Shown: positions 63,555 to 64,000 of the stretch, in pieces
How positions within the stretch are numbered: position 1 is the stretch's first letter
How the letters are laid out: each line of letters starts with the position of its first letter
Source: Mustelus asterias
Lineage: Eukaryota
Assembly (NCBI RefSeq): GCF_964213995.1
Contig: NW_027590143.1
Coordinates: 372,001 to 436,000, forward strand
Length of the DNA: 64,000 nt
Direction of reading: 5' to 3'
Made by a program: the position numbers and the translations under genes
Notes under the pieces: model-generated
The model's database searches: none
The model's input: the letters and a program-made list of their open reading frames with translations, nothing else
What the model was told of the DNA's origin: nothing

Positions 63555-63624
63555 ATGCACGCAATACCAAAAGGTCTGGTGTTTGCAATTTACTATCCTG
63601 TCCTTGCAGCTTTTGGCGTTCCAG
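63555..63624 (+). CDS. GPR139-like GPCR no. 3, exon 1 (exon 2 lies outside the window)
   Basis: MHAIPKGLVFAIYYPVLAAFGVP plus 1 nt, GTAAAG donor; 60/70 nt identical to GPCR no. 2 exon 1; TATATAT at 63500-63506. Confidence 0.85.
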
Positions 63625-64000
63625 GTAAAGTAATTCAGTGATTTAATACCTGTGTGAGTCATTGCTTTGCTCAGTCAATTCTCCAATTCTTCTGATACTG
63701 CTTACTTCCTGGCGAAATAAGCCAAATCCATTTTTAGACATGATATTCTCCTCAACCAGTATAATCCATTTAACAGATTAGTTTATTTTACCAACATAAT
63801 TGTACACTATTGATATTATTATTTTATCACATTTTGGTTCCTAATTCACCCATTCACGAGCGTTGTTTCTCCATTTTCCTGCATGATTTGTCGCCTTTAA
63901 TGGTCTGCTGTTTTTCAGTTACAAATAACCTCTCGTGATACAAACGCATTTATGTCATACCAATGCTGTTGAGTATGAATTAGCACAGAGTGTTCGGGAT

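Overview
Eukaryotic, repeat-rich genomic DNA from a cartilaginous fish (shark/ray), judged from HER1/CR1-type LINEs, HE1-type V-SINEs, Rex1/Babar and Penelope-like elements. Host genes: (1) two tandem T-cell-receptor alpha/delta-type V pseudogenes on + (3.9-6.1 kb), each with leader exon, V exon and RSS; the first leader is split by a palindromic Penelope-derived insert carrying a minimal hammerhead-ribozyme motif. (2) A dispersed cluster of two-exon GPR139-like class A GPCRs. Two are complete and apparently intact on the minus strand, reconstructed here by finding their tiny first exons (23125-23059 joined to 11760-10859, 322 aa; 51677-51608 joined to 48775-47859, 328 aa). A third exon 1 lies on + at 63555-63624. 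(3) At least six degenerate tRNA gene copies (Val, Thr, Glu, Leu, intron-containing Ile). (4) Decayed, mutually paralogous exon-like fragments at 36-47 kb with a possible death-fold/CARD-like pattern. Much of the rest is nested retrotransposons, including two young 5'-truncated CR1 copies with open ORF2. Other notable structures: a periodic CCAAT/PBX-type array starting at a GPCR stop codon, a 102-bp GPCR core-promoter copy inserted inside a CR1, and V-SINEs with two alternative 3' tails (CR1-type and Rex1-like). No database searches were run; family names come from recognising motifs and TE boundaries are approximate.
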